From an uncultured archaeon (GTDB lineage Archaea; Thermoproteota; Nitrososphaeria; Nitrososphaerales; Gagatemarchaeaceae), in assembly GCA_963817525.1 (NCBI GenBank), contig CAWFOU010000007.1, forward strand, positions 672,001-736,000: a stretch of DNA of 64,000 bases. The letters run 5' to 3'. Within the stretch, counting starts at the first letter, position 1. Every line of letters begins with the position of its first letter. This document shows, piece by piece, positions 28,358-37,814 of this stretch. The position numbers and the translations under genes were made by a program. The notes under the pieces are model-generated. The model searched no databases. It was not told the DNA's origin and was given only the letters and a program-made list of their open reading frames with translations.

Positions 28358-29654
28358 ATGAAAGGCGGCCAGTCTCTTCGACATGCGTACGTCAGAAGCC
28401 CGTTGCTCTTTCTGCTGGTGATTTCTCCTGTTGCGATGCTCGCTACAGCTGGAGTCAGTGCTTCAGTCGCTGCATGTACAAATGCCACTGTCGACCGCGG
28501 CAGTTCTGGATACGAATGTACCTTTCACGCAACAGAGCGCCGTAAGTCTCACAGAGTCATCAACAGAATATTTGAGCGCAGTCAGTGGTTACAGCTCTAC
28601 ATTGCTCGGTATCGGCAACGAGTGGAATTTTGATTCCGCCACGTGCAGCGTTTCATTCGATAGCTTCGCCATGAACTATCTCCTGAAGGCTTCAAATGGA
28701 ACACAATTCGAACTCACGTTGGGGGTTAAACCACAGACCGATGATATATTCGGGGCCACAATGCGACCCGTGGTAAAGCATACTCTCCTCCCGATTAATC
28801 ACAGTTCTTCGAGCACGTATTCTACGACCTATTCTGGGTACGCCCTCGCAGCCAATGGCAATTATAACTCGGCAGTAAGCTACAGCACAGCTTATTGGTA
28901 TATCCCTCAAATTTCTGCTCCATCAGGAGGTTGTGGTTCTAGTATTTTTTCAAATCCTCCTAAATGCTGGCTCGACGTCTGGGTCGGATTGCAGAATAGC
29001 ACCTACGATGGGACTAACTACGTGCCGGCTCATGGAGAAGTATTTCAGACCGGAACGGAGGGAGATTGCTTCAGTTCATGCACTGGGAGCGGTGCCCCTG
29101 AATATTCAGGGTGGTCTGCATATCTTAATGCTGATTCGAGTGGGATTGTACAGAATCTTGTACAATCTTGCAACAGTGATTTTTCTGCCTCGGCCGGTGA
29201 TGAGATGTACGGAGTCGTAGGCACTGCGTACGAAATCAGTGGCGGATCTAGTAGCACCTTCGACACCGAGCTGAGAGACTTTAACAACGGCTCTATCTGC
29301 GACTTTTCGTATAATTCATCAACCTCTTGCGGACAGTCCGATTGTAAAATCGCAGGCACAGAATACTTCGCGGACTACTTTATCGAAACGCCTCAGGATG
29401 GGAGTGACAGCGGGACCCCATTCATGTTGCCGAAGTTTACCGAGATATCCGACGCTGGCGACCTGTTTTATGTAATGGGGATGCTATCCTCCTCTCAGGG
29501 TTCGTACCCCTATTACAATGACGGCTATTACTTGACGTCGGATATGGGCAACAGTGGAACGCATAACACGCATACTTCCGCGATGTCCGAAAACAGCGGG
29601 AGCACCTATGCTTATTTCAACGAAAAGTGGTTAAGCAGTGCAAACACCGGGTAG
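28358..29654 (+). pseudogene. Secreted family G1 glutamic peptidase (Peptidase_A4/eqolisin-like), frameshifted near 28485
   Basis: STTYSGY, AYWYIP, DVWVGL, FQTGT, YSGW, AGDEM, ADYFIETP, LPKF; signal peptide in frame of 28358, body in frame of 28431. Confidence 0.75.
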
Positions 29655-29764
29655 TCGATTCCCTTAGGGAGTCATTGATATTCGCGCTCCGGCTTGGGAT
29701 GATCCTTGCTCGGATATTCCAAAAGACGTAATTTTAGTGGAGGCTCCCTTCTTAGTTAGGAGGA

Positions 29765-30394
29765 ATGAACGTGCGTTTTGCGAACGTTACAAGGAGCAAT
29801 CAGGGCGTTCTGGTTGGCGCCCTTGCGGGTCTCGTGATAATTGTTCTCTTGACCCTGCAAGTTGCAAACTCCGCCGGCGACCTTGGGATTAAGCCAAAGA
29901 CAGTCACTATCACACACGTCGAGACTCCGACCTCGTCTACCGAGCTGATTGTCGAATGGGTCAACGACAGCTTCTCTCAGCACATGCTCCTGCTCGGCTC
30001 GGGAAATGTTTCCGCGATCGTCTCGCAATACGCAGGAAACGCGAACGTCTCGTGGTTCGGAGAAGTGGGGCCATGCTTCGGCGGCACATACCCTCTTGCT
30101 GGCGACAACGGCAACTTTAGCCAACTCATGAACGCCTTCATCGTTAAGTACGCCCATACCTTGGTTATAGGGAAAGTCGCTCGGACGATAATGTCCCAGT
30201 CAAACGGATCAGTAGTCGTCGAATCCGCGTTCGGGTTTGCGACACGAGGTTCTTCCTACGGTATCAACAACGGCACAGTCTCCGCCCAAGACTTGTATAC
30301 ATACTCTGCGACGAATGGAGCTTGGTTGATTTCGCGAGAAGCCTGGGACTTTACTACATTCGATGTGATGTACCTCGGCTGCGTGGAGGGGTGA
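29765..30394 (+). CDS. Membrane-anchored protein with NTF2/SnoaL-like domain
   Basis: TM helix; NVSAIVSQYAGNANVSWFG...NGAWLISREAWDF. Confidence 0.6.
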   Translation: MNVRFANVTRSNQGVLVGALAGLVIIVLLTLQVANSAGDLGIKPKTVTITHVETPTSSTELIVEWVNDSFSQHMLLLGSGNVSAIVSQYAGNANVSWFGEVGPCFGGTYPLAGDNGNFSQLMNAFIVKYAHTLVIGKVARTIMSQSNGSVVVESAFGFATRGSSYGINNGTVSAQDLYTYSATNGAWLISREAWDFTTFDVMYLGCVEG

Positions 30395-30517
30395 CATGAA
30401 ATCAAATACGACCCGAGTAACCGAAGAGGCTCTATTCAACGGCTTGCCAGCGCGGCGGTTCCACTAGCTCAGATTGTTCTAGGCACTATTCGAAGGCCGA
30501 AGGAGATTCGCTTAAGA

Positions 30518-30537
30518 AATTAATGGCATCCCTTCCG
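30518..30537 (+). repeat. Right att-like site of inner element, AATTAatgGCATCCCTTCCG
   Basis: Direct repeat of 19839-19858. Confidence 0.7.
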
Positions 30538-30619
30538 ACCTTAACCCTTGACTCTCGATTATTCTCACAGACTTCCCACCCAAGGAACCCGGCAAAGTGT
30601 TTCGAACACGTAGCATAAT

Positions 30620-30635
30620 AAGCACGCCACGCGTC
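30620..30635 (+). repeat. attR of outer element, AAGCACGCCACGCGTC
   Basis: Perfect repeat of 16925-16940. Confidence 0.85.
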
Positions 30636-30735
30636 TCCCTTCCGCGGCTCCAGGCTTCGTATATATCATCCGCTCGTCTTGGCGGCGACCTGAAATCGTT
30701 AATTAGCTCTCCCGGCCTGTTTTCCCCGGACGAAC

Positions 30736-31218
30736 TTGCTGGAAGACAACCCCGAGGAGCGGCAGAGGCAGCAACAGGAGCAGCCCCTCAGCTGGCAGCA
30801 GGCCCTCGCGAGCGACCCCGAGTACTACATGAACACAAAGAAGGGGCAGGAAGAGCTCGCGCAGATGATCCGGAAGGAGTCCGAGAGGCTCCTCGAGGAG
30901 ATTGGCAAGTCCGTAAAGCACCAGAAGGACATCATCTGGCTCTCAAAGTGGTGCATGTCCTGCAAGTCCTACAACGACCGCGGCGGCAAGTCCATGTGCA
31001 ACAGGTGGAACGCGCGGATCGTGAAGCCGTTCTATGGCAGGCCGATATGGGAGAAGATGGAGGTCAGGGGGAAAGACGAGAAGGAGCTGTTCGTCTCTGA
31101 CATCGACTGGGACAGGAAGTGGAGGGAGATCTCCGACAAGATAGTCGAGTGGGCGGTGGAGAAGGTGAACGGCGGCTACCCGTACTTCTGCTACTCCAAC
31201 CCGGACGAGAAGTCCTAG
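30736..31218 (+). CDS. Hypothetical Cys-containing (putative metal-binding) protein
   Basis: CMSC...C...C; host-like codon usage. Confidence 0.7.
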   Translation: MLEDNPEERQRQQQEQPLSWQQALASDPEYYMNTKKGQEELAQMIRKESERLLEEIGKSVKHQKDIIWLSKWCMSCKSYNDRGGKSMCNRWNARIVKPFYGRPIWEKMEVRGKDEKELFVSDIDWDRKWREISDKIVEWAVEKVNGGYPYFCYSNPDEKS

Positions 31219-31308
31219 TACTGCTACGTGATCCTTTCATTCCTCCAAGACGGAGAACTGAGGTCGCTGGTGGCGGAAGTGCAACCAAAAAGATGATTTT
31301 GAGACGAG

Positions 31309-31400
31309 GGCCCTGACCGGGATTTGAACCCGGGTCGGAAGGTGACTGCGGATTTCTCCTCCACAGCCTTCTATGCTAACCAGGCTGCACTATCAGGGCC
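31309..31400 (-). tRNA. tRNA-His(GTG) with 17-nt intron (31344-31360) at 37/38, encoded G-1
   Basis: GCCCTGA/TCAGGGC acceptor, GAAGG-CT GTG G[intron]A-CCTTC, BHB-compatible pairing. Confidence 0.95.
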
Positions 31401-31560
31401 ACTAGGTTGCGACGGGTCTTTCGGGCCATATTTAGCCTGTGGCGAAAAAAGACCTGCAAATTTCCTGGCCATTCAGAAATGGCGAGTCTGGAGCTGCGAA
31501 GAGTCTTGATGGTGCTGTTCGGACAAACCCTTAATCAATAGGGATGGATCAAATCCGTCC

Positions 31561-32169
31561 ATGAATCCAAGGAACCTGGCCTTGGGCGTCTTCGTCACAT
31601 TGACCATTGCCTTTGCCTCCTTGACCCTTGCAGAATACAACCAGATCAGCAAACTTAATTCGCTAATAGAAAGTCAAAGCAGAAGCACGTCGACGCAGAC
31701 TCTCACATTGACTGTCGTCTGTCCCTCGAACGCGACATGCGCGTCATTCAGCTACTCGCCAACCGGACAGCTCGTCGTCGAGTCGGTCGAAGCTCACATC
31801 AACGGGTCCCAAGTCAGCTTCTTCGTTACTGTCGAGAACTCAGGCGTATCCCCGGTTTACTTGGAAACCAGTACAGGAGGGATCTCCACGTCGCTCTCTT
31901 CGAACTCGACGGCATTGGAGCAGCAATCCAACGGCGAATTTTGCCCCGGGGGCACAGTAGGCTTCGTTGAGTTGGATCCAGGGCAAAATTTCACCTTTTC
32001 AGCTCCGACGTACTGCGATGGTTTCAGCTACGTCTTGGTTGGACCAGGAACCGCCTACACGACGTTCAGCTTCAACTGGGAGCTGACCTTCAACGGTTTC
32101 GGCCCAGGGTCGTTCCCCATGACGACCGAGATATCCGGGACCTTTGACTTTGAGAGCCCGCAAACTTAG
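31561..32169 (+). CDS. Membrane-anchored extracellular Ig-like hypothetical protein
   Basis: N-terminal TM, FFVTVENSG..VYL, ELDPGQNFTF. Confidence 0.7.
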   Translation: MNPRNLALGVFVTLTIAFASLTLAEYNQISKLNSLIESQSRSTSTQTLTLTVVCPSNATCASFSYSPTGQLVVESVEAHINGSQVSFFVTVENSGVSPVYLETSTGGISTSLSSNSTALEQQSNGEFCPGGTVGFVELDPGQNFTFSAPTYCDGFSYVLVGPGTAYTTFSFNWELTFNGFGPGSFPMTTEISGTFDFESPQT

Positions 32170-32408
32170 CAGGTGGTCTTCGACTCGCCGTCGACGCTTG
32201 TCAAGGTGAATCCCCGGGTTGAAGTTCCTCCCCCCAACGAAGATAGGGACGCGGCGGTCTCCCCCGCGAGCAGGTGGGCGTACGATTGCAGCTCCTCCGG
32301 CGTAACGATGAACGAGGGCGGCTCGAGCCTCGATTTCATGTAGCCATCCAGATACTTCGAAATGTCCTGCACCATCCTCCTGTCCACCAGCTCGGTGAAC
32401 ATACTCAC
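32166..32408 (-). CDS. Hypothetical protein
   Basis: 80-aa ORF filling gap, divergent promoter region upstream. Confidence 0.45.
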   Translation of the reverse strand: MSMFTELVDRRMVQDISKYLDGYMKSRLEPPSFIVTPEELQSYAHLLAGETAASLSSLGGGTSTRGFTLTSVDGESKTTC

Positions 32409-32462
32409 GTTACGGTATTGAAAAATAGCAAGGCCCGTGGCAGTTTATAGGACAAAATCGCG

Positions 32463-32945
32463 GTGCTCAGTCTCTTGAAGGCGATCACGCACCTATTCTA
32501 CTCGGTGGGCGTCGGGGTCTTCCTCCTCTGTCGCGTCGAGGGACCGACCCCGCTCTACCTTGCACTGACGGTGTGGTTGGCCTTAGCCACGAACGAGGCC
32601 ATCGACTTGCTGGGGCACTTCAAGCGGGGCGGAAGGCCAGTCAGGTCGTTCTGGACCCACTCCGTCTTCACGGCCCCTCTATGGGGTGTCGCCGTGGCCC
32701 TGGTCACCGTCTACTTCCTAGACCGGATCGTCGACCTGGGGATGCCGGCGTCCCAGGCCGTCCTCCTCTACGCGCTCGCCATGGTGATTGCCTATTCCCA
32801 TCTTCTGCTCGACGCGATCACGGAGGGCGGAGTCTTTCTCGGCAGGCGGCGGGTCGCGCTCGCCCACTTCAGGTACAACAACCCCATAATCAACGGCGCC
32901 TTCGCAACCCTCGGCATCCTGCTGGTCTTCGCCGCGCTCTTCTGA
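32463..32945 (+). CDS. DUF1286-like membrane metal-dependent hydrolase
   Basis: THLF, IDLLGH, RSFWTHS, SHLLLDAITEGG, ALAHFRYNNP. Confidence 0.8.
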   Translation: MLSLLKAITHLFYSVGVGVFLLCRVEGPTPLYLALTVWLALATNEAIDLLGHFKRGGRPVRSFWTHSVFTAPLWGVAVALVTVYFLDRIVDLGMPASQAVLLYALAMVIAYSHLLLDAITEGGVFLGRRRVALAHFRYNNPIINGAFATLGILLVFAALF

Positions 32946-33008
32946 GCCCTGCACCAAATAGCATCTCAGTCGAAAAGCATTATAGGAAAGACGGCTCGAC
33001 GGGGTCGC

Positions 33009-33392
33009 ATGAACTCCTCAGGTCCAGCCTCGTCGCAGCAAGTCCTCCTCGTCACGGCGAACTACGCAGCGGGGTACAAGGTCGACAAGGTCCTGGGGAT
33101 GACCTACGGGATAACCGTGCGGTCCCGCGGACTCGGCGGCAACATAGTGGCAGGCCTGCGGACCATCGCGGGCGGCGAGGTCAAAGAATACACGGAGTTG
33201 GCCCATCAGGCCAGACAGGAGGCCCTCGACAGGCTGGCACAGCACGCGAAGAGCCTTGGTGCGAACGCCGTCCTGAGCGTGAGCTTCGACTCGACCGAGA
33301 TGGCCACCAGCATGACGGAGATAATCGCGTTCGGGACAGCGGTCGTAGTCTCTCCGGCTTCGGGCGACCAGCAGCTAGTGAACCTTAGCTAG
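33009..33392 (+). CDS. YbjQ/UPF0145 family protein
   Basis: GITVRSRGLGGNI.AGLR..AGGE, ARQEAL, GANAV, FGTAV. Confidence 0.93.
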   Translation: MNSSGPASSQQVLLVTANYAAGYKVDKVLGMTYGITVRSRGLGGNIVAGLRTIAGGEVKEYTELAHQARQEALDRLAQHAKSLGANAVLSVSFDSTEMATSMTEIIAFGTAVVVSPASGDQQLVNLS

Positions 33393-33397
33393 CCCTT

Positions 33398-33613
33398 CTA
33401 CTTCCAGGCCTTCGCCCGCTCGCAGAACGCGTCTGCCTCGTCCTGCGCCCGCGGGCAGCGCTCATAGTGCGCGACTATCTCCCTCAGCGCCTCTTCGACA
33501 GGCGTCGGGGCGCCGGGGCAGAGGGCGTCGAGTTGCGATCGGATTTCCATGAAGGGCTGCCAGATTTCGACCGGGATGACCACCGTCACTCCTGCTGTCT
33601 TGCTGGATTTCAT
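33398..33613 (-). CDS. Small hypothetical protein (possibly RHH-like)
   Basis: VTVVIPVEIW...VEEALREIV pattern. Confidence 0.5.
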   Translation of the reverse strand: MKSSKTAGVTVVIPVEIWQPFMEIRSQLDALCPGAPTPVEEALREIVAHYERCPRAQDEADAFCERAKAWK

Positions 33614-33705
33614 GTTAGATGAGGGCTTCAGCCCACGAGCCCAATATCTGGCTTTCGCACCGCCAGCTCCACCCTTATTAGACGACGAGACAATTCGGCG
33701 GCAGC

Positions 33706-34509
33706 TTGGCGGGCAAAGAGGAGATGAGGATAGGGTGCAGCGGCTGGTCGTACAAGGACTGGGTCGGCCCCTTCTACCCTTCCGACGCCGAAGCTAAGGA
33801 CTACCTCAAGCTCTACTCCAGGACGTTCGACTGCGTGGAGATAGACTCGAGCTTCTACAGGATCCCGTCGCCTGGCATGGTCAGCCAGTGGAAGAGCAGC
33901 ACGCCTGAGGGGTTCACGTTCTGCCCCAAGCTCACGCAGAAGATCACGCACGAAAACAAGCTCGAGAACTTCGAGTCGACGCTTTTGTACTTCTACAGCG
34001 TCATGAGCAAGTTGGGGAACAAGCTGGGACCGATAGTTGTCCAACTGCCTCCCTCTGTGAAGGTCGAGAAGCACAAGGCGGCGATGGAGAAGTTCGTCTC
34101 CTCACTCGAACCGAAGTTCAGGCACGCGATAGAGTTCAGGCACAAGTCTTGGTTCACGCCCGAGACCTACAAGCTCCTCGAGAAGAACAACGTCGCGATG
34201 GCGTGGTCGATCAACCAGTATCTGGAGACCCCTCCCGAGGTCACTGCGGATTTCATCTACCTCAGGATGGTCGGAACGAGGGAGATCACCGAGTTCGACG
34301 GAATTCAGAAGGAGATGAAGGAAGAGATGGAGCGCTGGGCCAAGGAGCTCAGGGAAAAGAGAGCGTCCATAAAGGACAGCTTCGTCTTCTTCAACAACCA
34401 CTTCGCGGGGTTCGGGCCAGAGTCCGTGAACGAATTCAGGAGGCTACTTGGGATGATCGAGCTCGACTGGAGCAAAGGACAAGAGTCGACGCAATCGACG
34501 CTTCAGTGA
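33706..34509 (+). CDS. DUF72 (UPF0759) protein
   Basis: IGCSGWSYKDW.G.FYP, VEIDSSFY, ITHE, QLPPS, AIEFRHKSW, FFNNH. Confidence 0.95.
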   Translation: MAGKEEMRIGCSGWSYKDWVGPFYPSDAEAKDYLKLYSRTFDCVEIDSSFYRIPSPGMVSQWKSSTPEGFTFCPKLTQKITHENKLENFESTLLYFYSVMSKLGNKLGPIVVQLPPSVKVEKHKAAMEKFVSSLEPKFRHAIEFRHKSWFTPETYKLLEKNNVAMAWSINQYLETPPEVTADFIYLRMVGTREITEFDGIQKEMKEEMERWAKELREKRASIKDSFVFFNNHFAGFGPESVNEFRRLLGMIELDWSKGQESTQSTLQ

Positions 34510-34516
34510 CTCTTAG

Positions 34517-35617
34517 ATGTCGCAGGCAGGATGGAGGGCGATATTCCATGTGGACCTCAACGCCTTCTACGTCTCGGTAGAGGTCAAGGACAACCCCTCC
34601 CTCAAAGGCTTCCCAGTCGTGGTAGGAGCGGACCCCGGCGGGGGAACATCGCGTGGCGTCGTGATGACCTGTTCGTACGAGGCGAGGAAGCTCGGCCTAA
34701 AGTCGGGGATGCCCATCTCGATGGCGTACAAGCTCGCCCCAGACGCAATCTACATCGAGCCCACGACGGAGAGATGGAATCGTTATGCCGAGGTCTCGAC
34801 GAAGGTGATGGAAATACTCAGAGGACATGCCGATAGGTTCGAGCAGACGGGTATCGACGAGGCCTATCTGGACGTCTCCTCCCGTACCAAGGACCTCGAA
34901 GAAGCAAAGGCGCTGGCGCTGGAAATCAAGAGGGAGATACGTGACTCGCTTGGGATAACATGCTCGATCGGGGTCGCGCCCAACAAGTCTCTCGCGAAGA
35001 TAGCTTCCGACAGGCAAAAACCAGATGGACTGACGATTGTCCCGTTCGACGACCCCAAGGGCTTCCTCGCGCCCCTCCCCGTCGCGGTCATCCCGGGAGT
35101 GGGCCCGAAGACGCAGGTCTTCTTGAACGAGCACGACATCCAGACCATCGGGCAGCTTCAGAAGATGTCGGGACAGGACATGATGAAGTGGTTCGGCAAG
35201 ACAGGGGTCTGGCTCTGGGGGGTCATCCAGGCCGAGGAGAGGCTCCTGGTTATCGAGAGGGACATGATGAAGTCGATGAGTGTCGAGAGGACTTTCGACG
35301 CGGACGCCGAGGATTTCGAGAAGGTCTACGCGCAGGCGGAAATCGAGGCCCGCGAGCTCGCCCAAAGGGTGCGGGACGACAACGTGACGTTCAAGGTCGT
35401 GGGGGTCAAAATCCGCTTCAAGGGGTTCAAGACCTTCACTCGAGAGGCGACCCTGGCCGTATCCACCGACAGCGAGGAGGTCCTGAAGCGCGAAGCCCGG
35501 GTCCTCCTGAAGGAGTTCGAATACAAGAAAAAGGCGGTGAGGCTGGTGGGAATCCGCGTCTCGAACCTGAGGCGCGAGGAGGCGATGACCAGGTTAGACG
35601 ATTGGGCGCGAGGCTGA
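34517..35617 (+). CDS. dinB: Y-family DNA polymerase IV
   Basis: HVDLNAFYVSVE, SYEAR..G..SGM, IDEAYLD, AKIASD..KPDG, VRLVGIRV. Confidence 0.95.
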   Translation: MSQAGWRAIFHVDLNAFYVSVEVKDNPSLKGFPVVVGADPGGGTSRGVVMTCSYEARKLGLKSGMPISMAYKLAPDAIYIEPTTERWNRYAEVSTKVMEILRGHADRFEQTGIDEAYLDVSSRTKDLEEAKALALEIKREIRDSLGITCSIGVAPNKSLAKIASDRQKPDGLTIVPFDDPKGFLAPLPVAVIPGVGPKTQVFLNEHDIQTIGQLQKMSGQDMMKWFGKTGVWLWGVIQAEERLLVIERDMMKSMSVERTFDADAEDFEKVYAQAEIEARELAQRVRDDNVTFKVVGVKIRFKGFKTFTREATLAVSTDSEEVLKREARVLLKEFEYKKKAVRLVGIRVSNLRREEAMTRLDDWARG

Positions 35618-35658
35618 AGAAACGGAGATAACGAGACCTGGCGGGAGATAGGCGCGGC

Positions 35659-36120
35659 TTGGTCACCGAGGCTACGCTCTGTCACATATTCAGGGGGGAC
35701 AAGATCTTGCTCAAGAAGGCGACCAGGGGGATAAGCAAGGGTAAGTGGAACGCTCCAGGAGGCAAGATCGACCCTGGCGAGTCCCCTGAGGAGTGCGCCA
35801 AGCGTGAGGTCCTCGAGGAGACCGGGCTCCGCGTCTCCGATCTCTTCTACCACGGGACGCTGACATTCATGATGGACGGGACTAGAACGGTCAGCATAAA
35901 GGGCCACCTCTTCTCGACCAGGAAAGCCGCGGGAAGGGCGAGGTCGAGCGAGGAGGGTCCCGTGAAGTGGGTCTCCCTGGATGAGCTGCCCCTGGACGAG
36001 ATGTGGGAGGACGACCGGTTCTGGATGCCCCTGATGCGAATGGGTGCCAGGTTCAACGCGGTTTTCGCCTACGACAAGGGCAACCGCCACATCGTAGAGT
36101 TCGCCATCAACTCTTGGTAG
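35659..36120 (+). CDS. NUDIX 8-oxo-dGTP diphosphatase (MutT/MTH1-like)
   Basis: KWNAPGGKIDPGESPEECAKREVLEETGL, MWEDDRFW. Confidence 0.9.
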   Translation: MVTEATLCHIFRGDKILLKKATRGISKGKWNAPGGKIDPGESPEECAKREVLEETGLRVSDLFYHGTLTFMMDGTRTVSIKGHLFSTRKAAGRARSSEEGPVKWVSLDELPLDEMWEDDRFWMPLMRMGARFNAVFAYDKGNRHIVEFAINSW

Positions 36121-36126
36121 GCGGCT

Positions 36127-37068
36127 CTAGATTCCTAGTGCTAGGCGGAGGCCCTTGTACCTGTTTCGGAGCGTGACTTCGGTAATCGACGCCGCGTCGG
36201 CGATGTCCTTCTGCGTCTTGCCGTTGCCCTCCAGTGTGGACGCCACGTAGAGCGCCGCGGCCGCCAGCCCCATAGGGTCCTTCCCCGCCACTATCTCCTT
36301 CTGGTGGGCCTTTGTGAGTATCTCCATCGCGCGCCTCTTCGTCTTCTCTCCCACCGTCGCGCGAGATGCGATTCGCGAGACCGACTTTATCGGGTCGGGG
36401 ACGGGCATTTGCAGGTCCATCTCCCTCAGGAGAATCCTGTACGACCGCGCCAGGTCCTTCTTCCCCACATTGCTCACGGCTGCGACGTCCTTGAGGGTTC
36501 TCGGCACCTCCATGTCTCTGCAGGCTGCGTAGAGCGCCGCCGCGGAGATCTGGACTATCGACCTTCCCCTCGTGACCCCGCGCTCGACCGCCTTCCGGTA
36601 GATGTACGCGGCCCTCTCGATGACCTCGTCGTGCACGGAGAGCTTCTCTGCGAACATCTTCATCTCGTTAAACGCCGTCCTCAGGTTCCTGTCGAAGGAG
36701 TTCGCGGCCTGGCTCCTCTTGTCCCAGACCCTCACCCTGTCCATCGTGTGCTTCATGGCGCCCGACAGCGAGGAGCCCGAAGCGTCTCGGTTGGCGGAGC
36801 CTATGACCGTCGAGAGGCCCATGTCGAATGAGGTGATGGACGTCGGCATCCCCGTCCGTGCCCTACTCTCGCCGCCCTGCTCATCCTGGAACGATCTCCA
36901 TTCGGGCCTGGTCTCCTCCAGCTTCTCCTTCATCACGTACCCGCAGTTAGTGCAATAGAACTCCCCGGTGTTAGAATCTTCTGCCAAAGGGCCCTTGCCA
37001 CAGCGCGGACATTTGTCCGCCTTACGTTGTCTCCCCTCAAGCCCGGGAGAATTTAGTCTATACGACAT
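36127..37068 (-). CDS. tfb: Transcription initiation factor IIB
   Basis: Zn ribbon CPRC..CTNCG, PEWRSF, two cyclin repeats, TEVTLRNRYK. Confidence 0.96.
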   Translation of the reverse strand: MSYRLNSPGLEGRQRKADKCPRCGKGPLAEDSNTGEFYCTNCGYVMKEKLEETRPEWRSFQDEQGGESRARTGMPTSITSFDMGLSTVIGSANRDASGSSLSGAMKHTMDRVRVWDKRSQAANSFDRNLRTAFNEMKMFAEKLSVHDEVIERAAYIYRKAVERGVTRGRSIVQISAAALYAACRDMEVPRTLKDVAAVSNVGKKDLARSYRILLREMDLQMPVPDPIKSVSRIASRATVGEKTKRRAMEILTKAHQKEIVAGKDPMGLAAAALYVASTLEGNGKTQKDIADAASITEVTLRNRYKGLRLALGI

Positions 37069-37207
37069 TTTCTATCACTTACGTTATACTGAGGCGCTTT
37101 GGTTGTATTTAAAGCTAGTGGGGCAGACAACGATAAATTGGGGTAAAGAACGAACAATCGTCCCATTTCCGCAAACTCTAAAAGACCCTGATGTTAACTA
37201 TCGCCCG

Positions 37208-37591
37208 ATGATTAAGGTGAGGATGGCGGCAGTTTCGAGCCGCCTTGGCAACTTTACCATAATCAAGATGGGTCAGACTGTTTTAATCAGCCCTTGCGAC
37301 ACAAGGACGAAAATCCTGGAGGCCCTCTCGAAGGGGCCGCTGACTAGCGAACGGCTTGCTCGAAAGATAGGCGTTTCCTATTCTTGCGTGATGGACCATA
37401 TGGACTTCCTAGAGATGCTTGGAGTCGTGAAGGCCCTCAGCAGAAGACCGGACGAAGGAAGGAAGAGAATCTACTTCCACTTAAACGAAGATCCTCTGGA
37501 AAGGATTGAGGAGCTCTTCATGACAGCGCCGAAGAACGGTCGAAGCCGGCCTGTATCAGTCGTACGAGCTCAATCCCTAGTCCAGACATAA
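37208..37591 (+). CDS. ArsR-like wHTH transcription regulator
   Basis: TRTKILEALSKGPLT...LARKIGVSYS.V..H...LE..GVV; start uncertain. Confidence 0.75.
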   Translation: MIKVRMAAVSSRLGNFTIIKMGQTVLISPCDTRTKILEALSKGPLTSERLARKIGVSYSCVMDHMDFLEMLGVVKALSRRPDEGRKRIYFHLNEDPLERIEELFMTAPKNGRSRPVSVVRAQSLVQT

Positions 37592-37814
37592 TATTCACAG
37601 TTTCCAAAATCCCCAGCCCCAGACTTTGTACGGATTCTTGCGGCTTTCGAGGACCTTGATGTCCAAGGGGCTGTGGCACTCCCCTACCTTTCTTGGTTTG
37701 AATCCTCCATGACCTATCACGGAATCGATGTGGACCTCGTAGTGGGATTCCTTCGCGGTTTAGACGGCTCTCCCCGTGGCATCACTTATTACTCGTCCAT
37801 GCGAATCCGCGGCC

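Larger units (their letters stand above)
19839..30537. mobile_element. Inner integrative element (~10.7 kb)
   Basis: Terminal direct repeats, integrase at left edge, ATPase-nuclease, lower-GC cargo. Confidence 0.7.
16925..30635. mobile_element. Outer integrative element/genomic island (~13.7 kb) containing a nested element
   Basis: 16-bp terminal direct repeats, integrase at left edge, only accessory genes inside. Confidence 0.82.

Noticed and set aside
31309-31400. tRNA-His as integration site of the 17-30 kb island
   Set aside because: No duplicate of its 3' end found; the island is better explained by the 16-bp repeat at 16925/30620, and a host-like gene lies between
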